Positions 27,388 through 38,347 of a stretch of DNA of 56,763 bases are shown in pieces (position 1 is the stretch's first letter; the number at the start of each line of letters is the position of its first letter). The translations under genes and the position numbers were made by a program. Location: the IMG/VR virus record IMGVR_UViG_3300048672_000414, positions 1 to 56,763 of that record. The stretch is one strand, 5' to 3'. Under the pieces are notes generated by a model, which was not told the origin of the DNA, ran no database searches, and worked only from the letters and a program-made list of their open reading frames with translations. This DNA is from a virus. Lineage: Duplodnaviria; Caudoviricetes.

Positions 27388-28092
27388 ATGGGAAATTCAT
27401 CCGGTAAAAAAGCTCGTCGTGTAACTAACTCAGGAATGGTAATAGGAAGTTTCCCTGCGCTACATCCTCAAACGTATACGCAGCAAGACTATATAGACGC
27501 AATAAAGTCTAAGGATATTGTATTTGCGCTAGGAAGTGCTGGAAGCGGTAAGAGCTATGTGGCTACGCATTACGCGGCGGAACAATTATACTACAAAAAG
27601 ATTGATAAAATCATTCTTACGCGCCCTGCCGTAGAAGCAGCTGGTGAGGAATTGGGTTTTTTACCCGGAGAGCTAGTAGAAGGCAAAATGCTTCCGTATC
27701 TCACCCCCTATATGGAGACCTTAAATGACTTGCTAGGAAAGAGCTTTGTAGAGTATTGTTTAAAGGTAGGTACTATAGAACCAGTACCTTTAGCCTATAT
27801 GCGAGGACGTAGCTTTGGTAGCTTAAACAATGGGTGCTTAATACTTGCTGATGAGATGCAGTCTGCCACACCTATGCAAATGAAACTACTATTAACGCGA
27901 ATAGGTAATAATACTAAGATGCTAATTAACGGCGACATTGAGCAACGAGATAAGCACGACGCTACAGGCCTAGAGGACGCCATCGGAAGATTGCACCACC
28001 TAGATGAAGTAGGTATCGTAAAGTTTACGTCGGATGACTGTGTGCGTAGTGGTATTTGTAAAAAGGTGCTTAGGGCATATAGTAATAGGTAA
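27388..28092 (+). CDS. phoH: PhoH-like ATPase
   Basis: GSAGSGKS, LTRPAVE, LGFLPG, YMRGRSF, ADEMQ, LLTRIG, GDIEQ.D motifs. Confidence 0.95.
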   Translation: MGNSSGKKARRVTNSGMVIGSFPALHPQTYTQQDYIDAIKSKDIVFALGSAGSGKSYVATHYAAEQLYYKKIDKIILTRPAVEAAGEELGFLPGELVEGKMLPYLTPYMETLNDLLGKSFVEYCLKVGTIEPVPLAYMRGRSFGSLNNGCLILADEMQSATPMQMKLLLTRIGNNTKMLINGDIEQRDKHDATGLEDAIGRLHHLDEVGIVKFTSDDCVRSGICKKVLRAYSNR

Positions 28093-28166
28093 GTATCTAC
28101 GTTCAGGGCTGATTACCCTGAACGTAGTGGGTAATATCGGGATGTAGATAGCAGACATATACTGCC

Positions 28167-29051
28167 CTAGTATACAGAAACTAGCTCCCAGCCTTGATAG
28201 TTGCTACCTATTTTAGCCCCATCTAGAAAGTCTGATAGGTTTTTTCTATTCGTAAGCCCGTACTCAGTAAAGAATTTCAACTTACTGTACACCTCTACTA
28301 TTTCACCAGTAGAGGTGTACTTCAGGATATACCTTTTCTTTTTTGGTAAGCGACTACGTGGTTTAGGTACTTTAAGTTTCCATTTATTGAATAAGTGCTG
28401 GGCCTGCCCTGACACAAAAGATACTGCGCTTGTATAAGCACACCCAGTTAAATCTTGTATTTCTTTATAGGATTTAACTACATACTCTTCCTCTGTATCG
28501 GTATCTATTATGTAAAGAAGGCCAAATTCTTTATGGCCAGATTTCTTGGTATTAATTAGCTTATTGTACTCGTCCGGATATTTATTAGCCAACCACTTAT
28601 GTCCAGATCCGCAGGCTATATGCCCAACAGCCTGTAAGGATACCTTAGTAATACTACTAATTTCCTTGTATGTTAAATTAGTAGTTATCAGTAGTTGGAA
28701 GGCATTTTCGATCTGCTCGTTACTATATTTCGATCTACCGTTATTTTCACCGGAAATACCTATCCCCCCTCCAATAGCTCCGCCGTCCCTGGAATTAAAA
28801 CCATTAGCTATGCTATCGTAAATTTGAATGGCTTCTCGCTCCAACTGGTCCAGCTCTTCCTTATTACACTCACACAGCACTTCCAGTATGGGAAGTCCGT
28901 ATGTATTAAAGGCTTCTTGCAATTTGGGGGAACAAGTACCTTTTGTTAAGTTATGCTTATGTCCTGACCACCTACGTTCTATATTGTCAGACATACCAAT
29001 ATATACTTTATCGGTCCCACTAAATTTTAATACATATATACCACAAGTCAT
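28167..29051 (-). CDS. GIY-YIG homing endonuclease
   Basis: GIYVLKF...VYIGMS..IERRW, GFN, then an HTH-like domain; AT-rich. Confidence 0.88.
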   Translation of the reverse strand: MTCGIYVLKFSGTDKVYIGMSDNIERRWSGHKHNLTKGTCSPKLQEAFNTYGLPILEVLCECNKEELDQLEREAIQIYDSIANGFNSRDGGAIGGGIGISGENNGRSKYSNEQIENAFQLLITTNLTYKEISSITKVSLQAVGHIACGSGHKWLANKYPDEYNKLINTKKSGHKEFGLLYIIDTDTEEEYVVKSYKEIQDLTGCAYTSAVSFVSGQAQHLFNKWKLKVPKPRSRLPKKKRYILKYTSTGEIVEVYSKLKFFTEYGLTNRKNLSDFLDGAKIGSNYQGWELVSVY

Positions 29052-29118
29052 ATAATTTCTCCAAGGTTATAATTATATTATAGCATTCGAATGTCAAAAT
29101 TTTTTATTGGTAAATAAA

Positions 29119-29916
29119 ATGACAACAACATATAAGCCCACAGAGGGTATGGCAAGTGCCGCCAGGCGTGCCTTAAAGTGGAAAGAGGAAGGCAAACCCG
29201 GCGGAACAGCCGTAGGTCTTGCACGCGCTAATCAGCTAAAAGATCTGGAGCCTCTATCGGAGTCTACCGTACTACGTATGTACGGCTTTTTCTCACGTCA
29301 TGCTGTAGATAAGCAGGCTACGGGGTTTAGTAGCGGAGAAGAAGGCTACCCTAGTCCTGGACGAGTTGCTTGGGACTTATGGGGCGGAGATAGTGGTGAG
29401 TCTTGGAGTGCCACTAAGCGAGATCAAATTATGCGTGCTCGTGAGGGCAAGCAGCTTACAAAATCAGAGATTAATATGACAGAACTACAGCAGACGGTTA
29501 CTACCGCATTTAATGCAACCTTTGTGTTTTACCTAAAAGCACATAGTTTCCACTGGAACGTGGAGGGTCGCGACTTTCAAGAATATCATGATCTTTTTGG
29601 CGATATTTATGAGGAAGTTTATGATAGCATCGACAGCTTTGCTGAGCGTATTCGTACTACACAAGCCTATGCGCCTTACTGCCTAGAAGATATTGTTGGC
29701 GGCAGTCCAGTACTAGAAGAAAATACACTAGTTACCACTAACCGCGACATGGTTAGTAAGCTGCTGGTGGACAACGAGCAGCTTATTATACTCTTACGCA
29801 GCGCATATAATGTGTGCGACCTAGCAGGTGAGTTTGGCTTTGCTAACTTCCTTGCTGATCGTATTGATGCACATCGCAAACATGGCTGGAAGCTTCGCGC
29901 CTCTCAAAAGCTATAA
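29119..29916 (+). CDS. dps: Phage domain fused to a Dps/mini-ferritin
   Basis: C-terminal HWNVEGRDFQEYHDLFGDIYEE...DSFAERIR...H.W.L; N-terminal ~115-aa domain with FFSRH and VAWDLWGGD. Confidence 0.88.
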   Translation: MTTTYKPTEGMASAARRALKWKEEGKPGGTAVGLARANQLKDLEPLSESTVLRMYGFFSRHAVDKQATGFSSGEEGYPSPGRVAWDLWGGDSGESWSATKRDQIMRAREGKQLTKSEINMTELQQTVTTAFNATFVFYLKAHSFHWNVEGRDFQEYHDLFGDIYEEVYDSIDSFAERIRTTQAYAPYCLEDIVGGSPVLEENTLVTTNRDMVSKLLVDNEQLIILLRSAYNVCDLAGEFGFANFLADRIDAHRKHGWKLRASQKL

Positions 29917-29920
29917 ATAG

Positions 29921-29957
29921 AAAAAGCCCCTAAACTGCAACAGTTTAGGGGCTTTTT
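29921..29957. terminator. Bidirectional terminator between the convergent dps genes
   Basis: AAAAAGCCCCTAAACTG-CAA-CAGTTTAGGGGCTTTTT. Confidence 0.92.
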
Positions 29958-29961
29958 GTTT

Positions 29962-30405
29962 TTAGGGCTTATTAGCACTTACTAACAAGTACTCGGCCTT
30001 ATTTAAGTTTTTAGAAAGGTGTCCTAGAAGATGATACATACCATGCTCACCTGCAACTTCCAGAGCCTTGCAAGTACTGGAAACCAGTGAGTTTAGTATT
30101 CTGCAGTCATTTAGTAAGATTGCTAACATCTCACGGTTACTAGGCACATTACGTGTATCTTGTATTGCACTAAGAACTTTTAAGTCTTCAAAGTTTGCTG
30201 CAACGTACATACCCATATTGCGTAAACCTTCGGCAATACAGTCTAGCTGCTTGTACGCCTTATGTGACAGCTTATCAAATAGTTTGTGGTACTCTACAAA
30301 GTTTTGGCCCTCTACATTCCAGTGGAAGTTTTGCGCTTTTAGTCCAAACGCAAGTAAGGTAGCAAAAACTTTACTAACTTGTACTTGTAAATTTTCGTCA
30401 GCCAT
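29962..30405 (-). CDS. dps: Second, divergent Dps/ferritin-like protein
   Basis: NFHWNVEGQNFVEYHKLFD...LDCIAEGLR; AAGGAG RBS. Confidence 0.85.
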   Translation of the reverse strand: MADENLQVQVSKVFATLLAFGLKAQNFHWNVEGQNFVEYHKLFDKLSHKAYKQLDCIAEGLRNMGMYVAANFEDLKVLSAIQDTRNVPSNREMLAILLNDCRILNSLVSSTCKALEVAGEHGMYHLLGHLSKNLNKAEYLLVSANKP

Positions 30406-30421
30406 GGGGCACTCCTTGTTA

Positions 30422-31914
<1,493 letters not shown>

Positions 31915-31976
31915 AAAATGGCTCCTCTTTTATTTTTTATTATCGGTAGCCATGTACTTTTTCGAGTACAAATACA

Positions 31977-32005
31977 ATTATACTCTTAAATGGCATAATT
32001 GTCAA
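31977..32005 (-). promoter_or_regulatory. Consensus sigma70 promoter for the three-gene island operon
   Basis: - strand TTGACA-17 nt-TATAAT, AAATTTTT upstream. Confidence 0.88.
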
Positions 32006-32065
32006 ACTAAAAATTTATATTAGCCACCAGCTATAAATCAGCGTTTCAAAAAGTATTGATGATAT

Positions 32066-32104
32066 AAAAAAGCCTCTATAGCTTTTATGGCTATAGGGGC
32101 TTTT
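32066..32104 (-). terminator. Terminator ending the replication module
   Basis: AAAAAAGCCTCTATAGC...GCTATAGGGGCTTTT. Confidence 0.8.
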
Positions 32105-32125
32105 GTTTAGGTAGATTTTACACTA

Positions 32126-34165
32126 TCACCGTACTGGGCAGGCACCAGTTGCGCAGTCTGCATCGCTAAGCTCGTCGAAGCTATTAGCATCGTCGATATT
32201 AACAGGCATCAAGCGATTAACATACGCCTCGTACTCTTCCCGAGTAGTGACCTCTTGTGGTAGGTAAGGATACCCGAGGTCCGCGGCAGTTTTGCTAGGA
32301 TCATTCCTGAACAAGAAACTAACTGCAACATAGCTATCCCAGTTTTGGTACAGCCAGTCAACAATCTCTTGGGTTTCGTCCACGCTATAACTAATAGTGC
32401 AACTTACATTTTGCTGGCAGTAGTTATCCATCAGCATTTTGTATGTATTCAGCTGACTAACCGCTGACTCTAGGTTAACCTCTTTACCCTCAACTACATC
32501 AAATTCAACACCATCGTTTTTGACCGGGAACGTAATAAGCGTAGCCGAGTCGTCGTACGGGTGATTAAATACATTATAGTTAGCCGCACGTAGCTTAGAT
32601 ACAAGCGGGTCGTATTTACTAAATGCCACGTTGTTGAAGATATACCTACCAAGAGGCTTATGCATACCCTCCAGTGAGTCGTAGCACTTAGACTGCGTAC
32701 CCTCAGGTTTGATTGCCGTGATATTCTTGGGATAGGGCAAATCTAGCTCGTTTGCCATTGCGTAGGCGGCAGCAGTAACAACGCGCTCAAGCCTACGGTA
32801 GTCATACGCCTTCAGGTCTGGGCGTCCGGCAATACCCATCATAGAGACACCACACAAGCGCAGGTGCTCATTATTAAGGTGCCAGGCTTCTTGCAAGATA
32901 CCGTCACGGAAATCAACCACTGTTTGTCGGTAGTTAGCGCGAGCAGCAATTTTAGCTGCTCGCAACATTCCCAACGTGTCGCCCTTGAACTTGAGAACGT
33001 CAAGGCTCACAAGATTGCAAAACCCTTTATTCGGCAAAAGAATTTCTGCGCAGGGGTTCATACCCACTGCCCACGGAGCCCTGGCACGAAGCTGCTGGCC
33101 GTTAATAAGTCCTGGTTCACCATTACCACCGCGATTGATTTTTTCAAACCACTGCAGCAGTTCACTATATTCAGGCTTCTTCCAGAAAATAATGGAGTTA
33201 TTGCTTTGTGAGCGATGCTGAAGTCCGTTCTCCCAGATGCCAACTTTAGCATCTGCAAAGTCACCAACTACAGTACTGTAGTCGTCCATAACTGCAATCT
33301 GTGCACTACGACGAGTACTCAATACAGTGCCTAGCAGGTTAACAATATCAAGAATATCCAGCTCGCTAAGCAAGGTATCCGCCTTGGCATTTAAAAGGTT
33401 AAATACCGAGGTATACGCTTTGGTAAGTCCCACGTCGCCCTGCGATAGCCAGCCATAATTCTTAAGACGTACGCCAGGCTTACGAATCTGTGAGAAATCT
33501 AGTACGAGGGTTTGTGCAGGATACTTACCAGCAAGCAGTTTGCCAATAGACTTTGCCCATGCTTCTGCACTATCACCAATACTCAGCGTCCAAGTTTTGG
33601 TTACGGCATCCCAAGTCTCTTCATTAGTCTCTCGGCCCTTTGTGGTAGAGTTTTGACTACGTACAATCTCTAGGTTAGGGATTGTTTTGCGAAAGCCAGT
33701 AAGCGACCCGCTAACGGGGCGGAAGCCGGTGCCACAACCTTGAAGCAGTAGCCAGAAGATATCAACTACGTCGTATACTGTCTCTACGTTAGTAAATGAG
33801 CAGTTAAACATAGACGCTTCACGGCGACGAGCAATATCGGTACCACCGAGCCATAAGGTACGACCTGCAACTGCTACTTTACGATCCTCAAGCAGGCCAC
33901 GTAGCTCTTCTAGCTCGTCTTGCTCATGCTGGGTAAGCGTTTGCCACTCTTGCAGGTCCGGAGTAATGTCGTGAAGTGGAGTATCTTCCAGTACCTTAGC
34001 GGTTTTAGCGCGCTCCCACAAAAATTGCTGGTGCTTGATAACGCGTGCTACGGTTTGGGGCCAAGTCTCAAATTCAGTACCATCATCATTAAGTGGACGA
34101 TTATAGGTACGACGGGTAATAACTTGTGCGCGAGTGCTAACGTTCATATTATTGGTTTCTTTCAT
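32126..34165 (-). CDS. nrdJ: Class II (adenosylcobalamin) ribonucleotide reductase
   Basis: RRTYNRP, GRTLWLGGT, FNCSF, RRSAQI, NPCAEI, FCNL, IKPEGT, C-terminal CATGACPVR; no beta subunit gene. Confidence 0.92.
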   Translation of the reverse strand: MKETNNMNVSTRAQVITRRTYNRPLNDDGTEFETWPQTVARVIKHQQFLWERAKTAKVLEDTPLHDITPDLQEWQTLTQHEQDELEELRGLLEDRKVAVAGRTLWLGGTDIARRREASMFNCSFTNVETVYDVVDIFWLLLQGCGTGFRPVSGSLTGFRKTIPNLEIVRSQNSTTKGRETNEETWDAVTKTWTLSIGDSAEAWAKSIGKLLAGKYPAQTLVLDFSQIRKPGVRLKNYGWLSQGDVGLTKAYTSVFNLLNAKADTLLSELDILDIVNLLGTVLSTRRSAQIAVMDDYSTVVGDFADAKVGIWENGLQHRSQSNNSIIFWKKPEYSELLQWFEKINRGGNGEPGLINGQQLRARAPWAVGMNPCAEILLPNKGFCNLVSLDVLKFKGDTLGMLRAAKIAARANYRQTVVDFRDGILQEAWHLNNEHLRLCGVSMMGIAGRPDLKAYDYRRLERVVTAAAYAMANELDLPYPKNITAIKPEGTQSKCYDSLEGMHKPLGRYIFNNVAFSKYDPLVSKLRAANYNVFNHPYDDSATLITFPVKNDGVEFDVVEGKEVNLESAVSQLNTYKMLMDNYCQQNVSCTISYSVDETQEIVDWLYQNWDSYVAVSFLFRNDPSKTAADLGYPYLPQEVTTREEYEAYVNRLMPVNIDDANSFDELSDADCATGACPVR

Positions 34166-34460
34166 TAAAAAGTTTTTGTTGCAGCAGGTAGCCTTCTAGC
34201 TGCCATACCTTATCGCGGGCATTTTCGTAGCTGATCTTTCTGCCGATCTCGTGATTAAAGTTCTCGCGGCTTACTGTTGCAGCCTCGCCTCGCACACTAA
34301 ATCCGTTTTCAAGAACCAGCTCGCATACCATGACCTTACCGCTAGGTAACACAGTATAGGTACTATGCACGATCTTTGCATCAATATTTTCTGGAGTCAG
34401 GCGTGGAGCATTAAGCTTTAGCTCTTGAATACGTTGCTCGATATGCTTTTCGTTGTTCAT
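34149..34460 (-). CDS. Gp49-family phage protein (N4 gp49 / Sf6 gp66-like)
   Basis: APRLTP..I...C.LVLENGFSVRGE...VS.ENF..EIGRKI...NA.DKVW.LEGYLL. Confidence 0.8.
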   Translation of the reverse strand: MNNEKHIEQRIQELKLNAPRLTPENIDAKIVHSTYTVLPSGKVMVCELVLENGFSVRGEAATVSRENFNHEIGRKISYENARDKVWQLEGYLLQQKLFNERNQ

Positions 34461-34915
34461 CAGTTAGTGCTACCAAAGCCGCCAGTACCGCGCTCGGTAT
34501 CGTTCCACACATCCACAAACTCAGCAAGAATCACAGGCGATATAACAAGCTGAGCAATTCGGGTAACTCCGCGCTCGATCTTGTAAGGGTCTTCGCCATT
34601 ATTCTTGAGAATAACTTTGATATTACCACGGTAATCACTATCAACCACCCCAACACTGTGCGGAATAGTAATGCCGATCTTACCTTGCGAACTACGATTA
34701 AATACATAACCTACGTAGCCGACGGGAATCTTTACAGCCGCCCCGGTATCAATCATTTTTTGCTCACCGGGATAAATTTCATAGTCCCCACTAGCAAACA
34801 AGTCAGCGCCTGCGTCAGTTGCGTGCTGGCGTTGGGGCAGCAGTTTAGGGTCGCTGATAAGGCACTGGATCTGGGGCTTAAGCGAACCTGCATTGGGGGT
34901 ATAGTAATTATTCAT
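34460..34915 (-). CDS. dut: Trimeric dUTPase
   Basis: AGADL, RSS, GVVDSDYRG, RIAQL, RGTGGFGST. Confidence 0.96.
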   Translation of the reverse strand: MNNYYTPNAGSLKPQIQCLISDPKLLPQRQHATDAGADLFASGDYEIYPGEQKMIDTGAAVKIPVGYVGYVFNRSSQGKIGITIPHSVGVVDSDYRGNIKVILKNNGEDPYKIERGVTRIAQLVISPVILAEFVDVWNDTERGTGGFGSTN

Positions 34916-35754
34916 ACGAGGATTGTGTCCAGAATGTTATCAATTTGTTCGGTATTGTCGCCAAGGGCATCGTGACAAAAAGTCACTAGATCCATTAGCT
35001 GGTAATTAAGCATGATACGATCTCCGCTTTTATTAAGCGCCTGAACGTACTTTAGCTTACTATTAATAGGTAAGGCGGCTACAATATCAAGAGCAGTACC
35101 ATATTCTTGTACTAGCTGATGAGCACGTTTTGGCCCAATGCCTTCAACGCCAGGAACGTTGTCTCCAGTATCCCCCATTAAGCACTTAATGGAAATATAT
35201 TCGTCTTGGGTAAAGTCATAGTGAGTATGCCAGTTATTAGCAGTAACCTCCTTACGGGTTACATACGAGAAGCGGCTAACTTTATCACTAATCAGCAGGT
35301 CCCAATCCTTGTCTGACGATACTAGCCAGATGTGGTCAACAGGCAGCTTATCTTGCAGTGAGCAGATATACGCGGCAATATCATCAGCTTCAGTACCTTT
35401 AAACTGGATAACCGGATAGCTAGTATTCTCACGAATATAATCTAAGGTCTTTTGATAGTCCTCAAAGAATAGCTCGAAAGCAGCCTTTTCAGCATCAGTT
35501 TGCTCTGCGTACTTATCTTTGCGATTTTGCTTGTATTCGGGGTAGATAGCCTTGCGGTAGCTGGAACTACCTTGATCTGTAGCAATAACTACCCATTTTG
35601 CTTTGTAGGACTTTTTAAGCGACTCAATAGTTCGTAAGCAATCGACTGCGAAGTCTGTAGCACCAGAGTGCTTCCACCTGAAACATAGATTGAGCTGGTC
35701 CACTACCAGTAGTACGTTCTCTTGTTCTTGCAAGGTTGCAAATGTTTTAGCCAT
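34912..35754 (-). CDS. D15: Flap endonuclease / 5'-3' exonuclease (T5 D15-like)
   Basis: YPEYKQNR, EADD, SSDKDWD, LMGDTGDNVPGVEGIGPKRA. Confidence 0.93.
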   Translation of the reverse strand: MAKTFATLQEQENVLLVVDQLNLCFRWKHSGATDFAVDCLRTIESLKKSYKAKWVVIATDQGSSSYRKAIYPEYKQNRKDKYAEQTDAEKAAFELFFEDYQKTLDYIRENTSYPVIQFKGTEADDIAAYICSLQDKLPVDHIWLVSSDKDWDLLISDKVSRFSYVTRKEVTANNWHTHYDFTQDEYISIKCLMGDTGDNVPGVEGIGPKRAHQLVQEYGTALDIVAALPINSKLKYVQALNKSGDRIMLNYQLMDLVTFCHDALGDNTEQIDNILDTILV

Positions 35755-35781
35755 TGGTTCCTTTATTTTGAAAGAACATCT

Positions 35782-35810
35782 ATTATATCAAATAATAGAT
35801 TGTACGTCAA
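35782..35810 (-). promoter_or_regulatory. Sigma70 promoter upstream of D15
   Basis: TTGACG-17 nt-TATAAT with TG. Confidence 0.78.
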
Positions 35811-36268
35811 ACCACAAATTTCACAGCTTCATGCTGAAGCCAATCTTCTAGTAAGGCTACAAAGAACTCGTGGTCGTCTCTGTGAACGTAAAAGAAGGGG
35901 TAGCTTCCATCAGGAAGGCACACATCCGTACCAAAAGCTACAAAAAGCTTACTACGATCATATTTAAAGATCAGAAGGGGCTTTCGTTTTACCTGCTTAC
36001 CCTGACGAACAGCTTGGGTCCAAAACTCCAGTAGTTGAGGACTTTTAGAAGATAGGACTGCGCTAGTAAGGTGATCATCTGCGTAGCCCTTAACTTCTAC
36101 GCAAAATTCATTATTTGCATTTGGTATATACAAATCGCCTTTTAGTCCATGCTTCTCGTCTAGTGCCCCGCTGCCGGGAGTACGCTCCCACTGTAGTCCA
36201 GTGTGTTTACGGAGCGCATCCCTGACTTGGGTTTCTACTCTAGCGCCTTTTGCTCTAGAGTCCACCAT
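35807..36268 (-). CDS. D14: T5 D14-like PD-(D/E)XK nuclease / resolvase
   Basis: MVDSRAKGAR.E, PGSGA, KGDL, EVK. Confidence 0.85.
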   Translation of the reverse strand: MVDSRAKGARVETQVRDALRKHTGLQWERTPGSGALDEKHGLKGDLYIPNANNEFCVEVKGYADDHLTSAVLSSKSPQLLEFWTQAVRQGKQVKRKPLLIFKYDRSKLFVAFGTDVCLPDGSYPFFYVHRDDHEFFVALLEDWLQHEAVKFVV

Positions 36269-36549
36269 TACTCAGCAGCAGGAGTAGGTGATACTTCTTG
36301 AGGTACTGGCTCAACTACAGGAGCTGCTTCTGTGGCAGGAGCTGGCTCTTTACCAACAGTAGGATTCACTGTTTCGCCCGCTGTAAATACCTCGCCAGTA
36401 GTATCATTCCAGTAAACTAGAGTACCAGACACTTCCAGTGTAGGCATTTCTTCAGGATAGAAGAAGTCTCCAATTTCTAGTTTGATACGATTAGCTACGG
36501 CCCGCGTAATATACGCTGTACCTTGAATTTCTTTAACTCTAAAATGCAT
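36268..36549 (-). CDS. Hypothetical protein with Pro/Ala-rich tail
   Basis: Fills the gap between D13 and D14 with tight coupling. Confidence 0.65.
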   Translation of the reverse strand: MHFRVKEIQGTAYITRAVANRIKLEIGDFFYPEEMPTLEVSGTLVYWNDTTGEVFTAGETVNPTVGKEPAPATEAAPVVEPVPQEVSPTPAAE

Positions 36550-36550
36550 A

Positions 36551-38347
36551 TTAAACCTCTATGTGAGATATGTTATTATGTTTAACTACGTAAACCTTTT
36601 CTAGTAAGGCATGAGTAAAACCATGACTTACTAGCACCGTATTCAAGTTATCCTCGGCTAGTAGAACCTCTATCAGCTTCTCCTTACCATCAACATCTAG
36701 TGCTTCCACTGTTTCGTCCAAGATCAACAAGTTGATTCTGCTCTGAGACAGGGATTGCATAAGGCGTCTGATGGCTAGTAGTGTAGCCACGTTTACTCTA
36801 GCGCGCTCCCCGCCGCTTAGGGCCGCTATATCAATGTCAGTCCCATTATCCGTAATAACAACATTAAGTTTGTCACTACCACTAATCTGGAACCCAATTT
36901 GGAATCTGCCACCACTCAGTTCGCCTAAGTACTGATTGCTAAGTTCTTCCAAATCTTTCACTAAATTCTCAATCTTGTAGGCAACAAGGCCAGTTGTCGA
37001 GAATGTTTTAACCAAAGTTGCTAGTACCGATAACCTGTTTTGCAACTCTGCTAGTTTTGACTTATGCTGGCTTAGGTCGGCCTGCATTTCGGCTACCTGA
37101 CCCTCAATCAAGGCAAGCTTAGCATTTTCTGCGTTAGCTTGCTTGTTGTGGTATTCAGCGCGAGAAATATCTTCGGCAGTAGCTAATATTAGCTGCTGGA
37201 GTTTACCTGCGCTTGCTTTAAGCGTGGCCTCATCAAGTAAAACATCTGGCAGCGAGGTATCAATAAGCTGATGATACTTTTCCCAGTCTTCTTGGGATTT
37301 TTGAGCAGCCGTCCATGCAGTGCGTGCAGCAAGTATGCGCTTAACTTCCGCCATAGCAGAGCTTTCTAGTGCGGAGGCTTCTGCCATTAATTGCTCCTGT
37401 TCGGCTACTAGCGCAGTGGTTTTACACTCGTCTATTTCGCTTAAACAGGTTGGGCACGTACCATGTAACTTACCCATCTTATCTCTAATAGCTTTAGCTG
37501 CCGCGTATTGCCCCGCAGCATTTGCAGCAGCTTTAGTATACGGTTCTTCAAGTTCTTTAGGCTCAGGCGGAAGCGGCAGTACTTTTATCTTGGACTGTAG
37601 CTCCTTATACTTGTTGTTTTGTACTATGCGCTTATTAGTTGCTGTTAGAGTACTGAGTTGTGCTTCGATTTGGGCAAGCTGCTGACGTTCAGTATCGGGC
37701 TGTTGCGGAACTACTACTAGGGGTTTACGCGTAAAGTCTGTACTAGCATACTTCTGAATCCAGCTAGTAGTAGTTGCAACTTTGGCTTCGGCTGCGGCAA
37801 CTTCCTTGGCAAGCTCACCATGAGCAGCTTTGAAAACCTCACCGGCCTGAGTATACCTGCCTAAGTTTAGGATTTCAATAAGGAACTTTTTACGTGCAGT
37901 GTCAGGGCTTGTAAGAAACTCAAGACTACTAGCATGACTTTGATATACAATCTGAGAGAAAGTCTTGTGGTCCATGCCGAGGACTTCCTCAATCTGCTTG
38001 TATGTTTGAGTTGCAGTGTGAGAACTAATGTCTTGGTTCTCTCTAGTGAACTTAACTGTCTGTGTACTGCCGCGACGAGTCTCGATTTTGTAATTGCATC
38101 CATCTTTTTGGAACTCTAGCTCTATACTGTAGTGCTTGGCCTTGCTGTAGCGATTAAGTATATCGCCTTTTTTGATACCTTTTGAGTTCTTATTAAATAA
38201 GACTTCTTCAAGAATAAGTGCAATTGAACTCTTACCATGCCCATTCTTACCTACTAGCTGCACTAGCGGGCTACGAGTAAAGTCAATCTCGTTGTTTTCG
38301 CCATACGAGAAGGCATTACTGAATTTAAGCGTTTTAAGTACGATCAA
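36551..38347 (-). CDS. D13: SbcC/Rad50-like ATPase (T5 D13)
   Basis: GKNGHGKS, CPTC zinc hook, LSGGE, LILDE. Confidence 0.93.
   Translation of the reverse strand: MIVLKTLKFSNAFSYGENNEIDFTRSPLVQLVGKNGHGKSSIALILEEVLFNKNSKGIKKGDILNRYSKAKHYSIELEFQKDGCNYKIETRRGSTQTVKFTRENQDISSHTATQTYKQIEEVLGMDHKTFSQIVYQSHASSLEFLTSPDTARKKFLIEILNLGRYTQAGEVFKAAHGELAKEVAAAEAKVATTTSWIQKYASTDFTRKPLVVVPQQPDTERQQLAQIEAQLSTLTATNKRIVQNNKYKELQSKIKVLPLPPEPKELEEPYTKAAANAAGQYAAAKAIRDKMGKLHGTCPTCLSEIDECKTTALVAEQEQLMAEASALESSAMAEVKRILAARTAWTAAQKSQEDWEKYHQLIDTSLPDVLLDEATLKASAGKLQQLILATAEDISRAEYHNKQANAENAKLALIEGQVAEMQADLSQHKSKLAELQNRLSVLATLVKTFSTTGLVAYKIENLVKDLEELSNQYLGELSGGRFQIGFQISGSDKLNVVITDNGTDIDIAALSGGERARVNVATLLAIRRLMQSLSQSRINLLILDETVEALDVDGKEKLIEVLLAEDNLNTVLVSHGFTHALLEKVYVVKHNNISHIEV

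Noticed and set aside
29068-29097. Promoter for the endonuclease at 29051
   Set aside because: TTGACA and TATAAT are present on the - strand but spaced 9 or 14 nt apart
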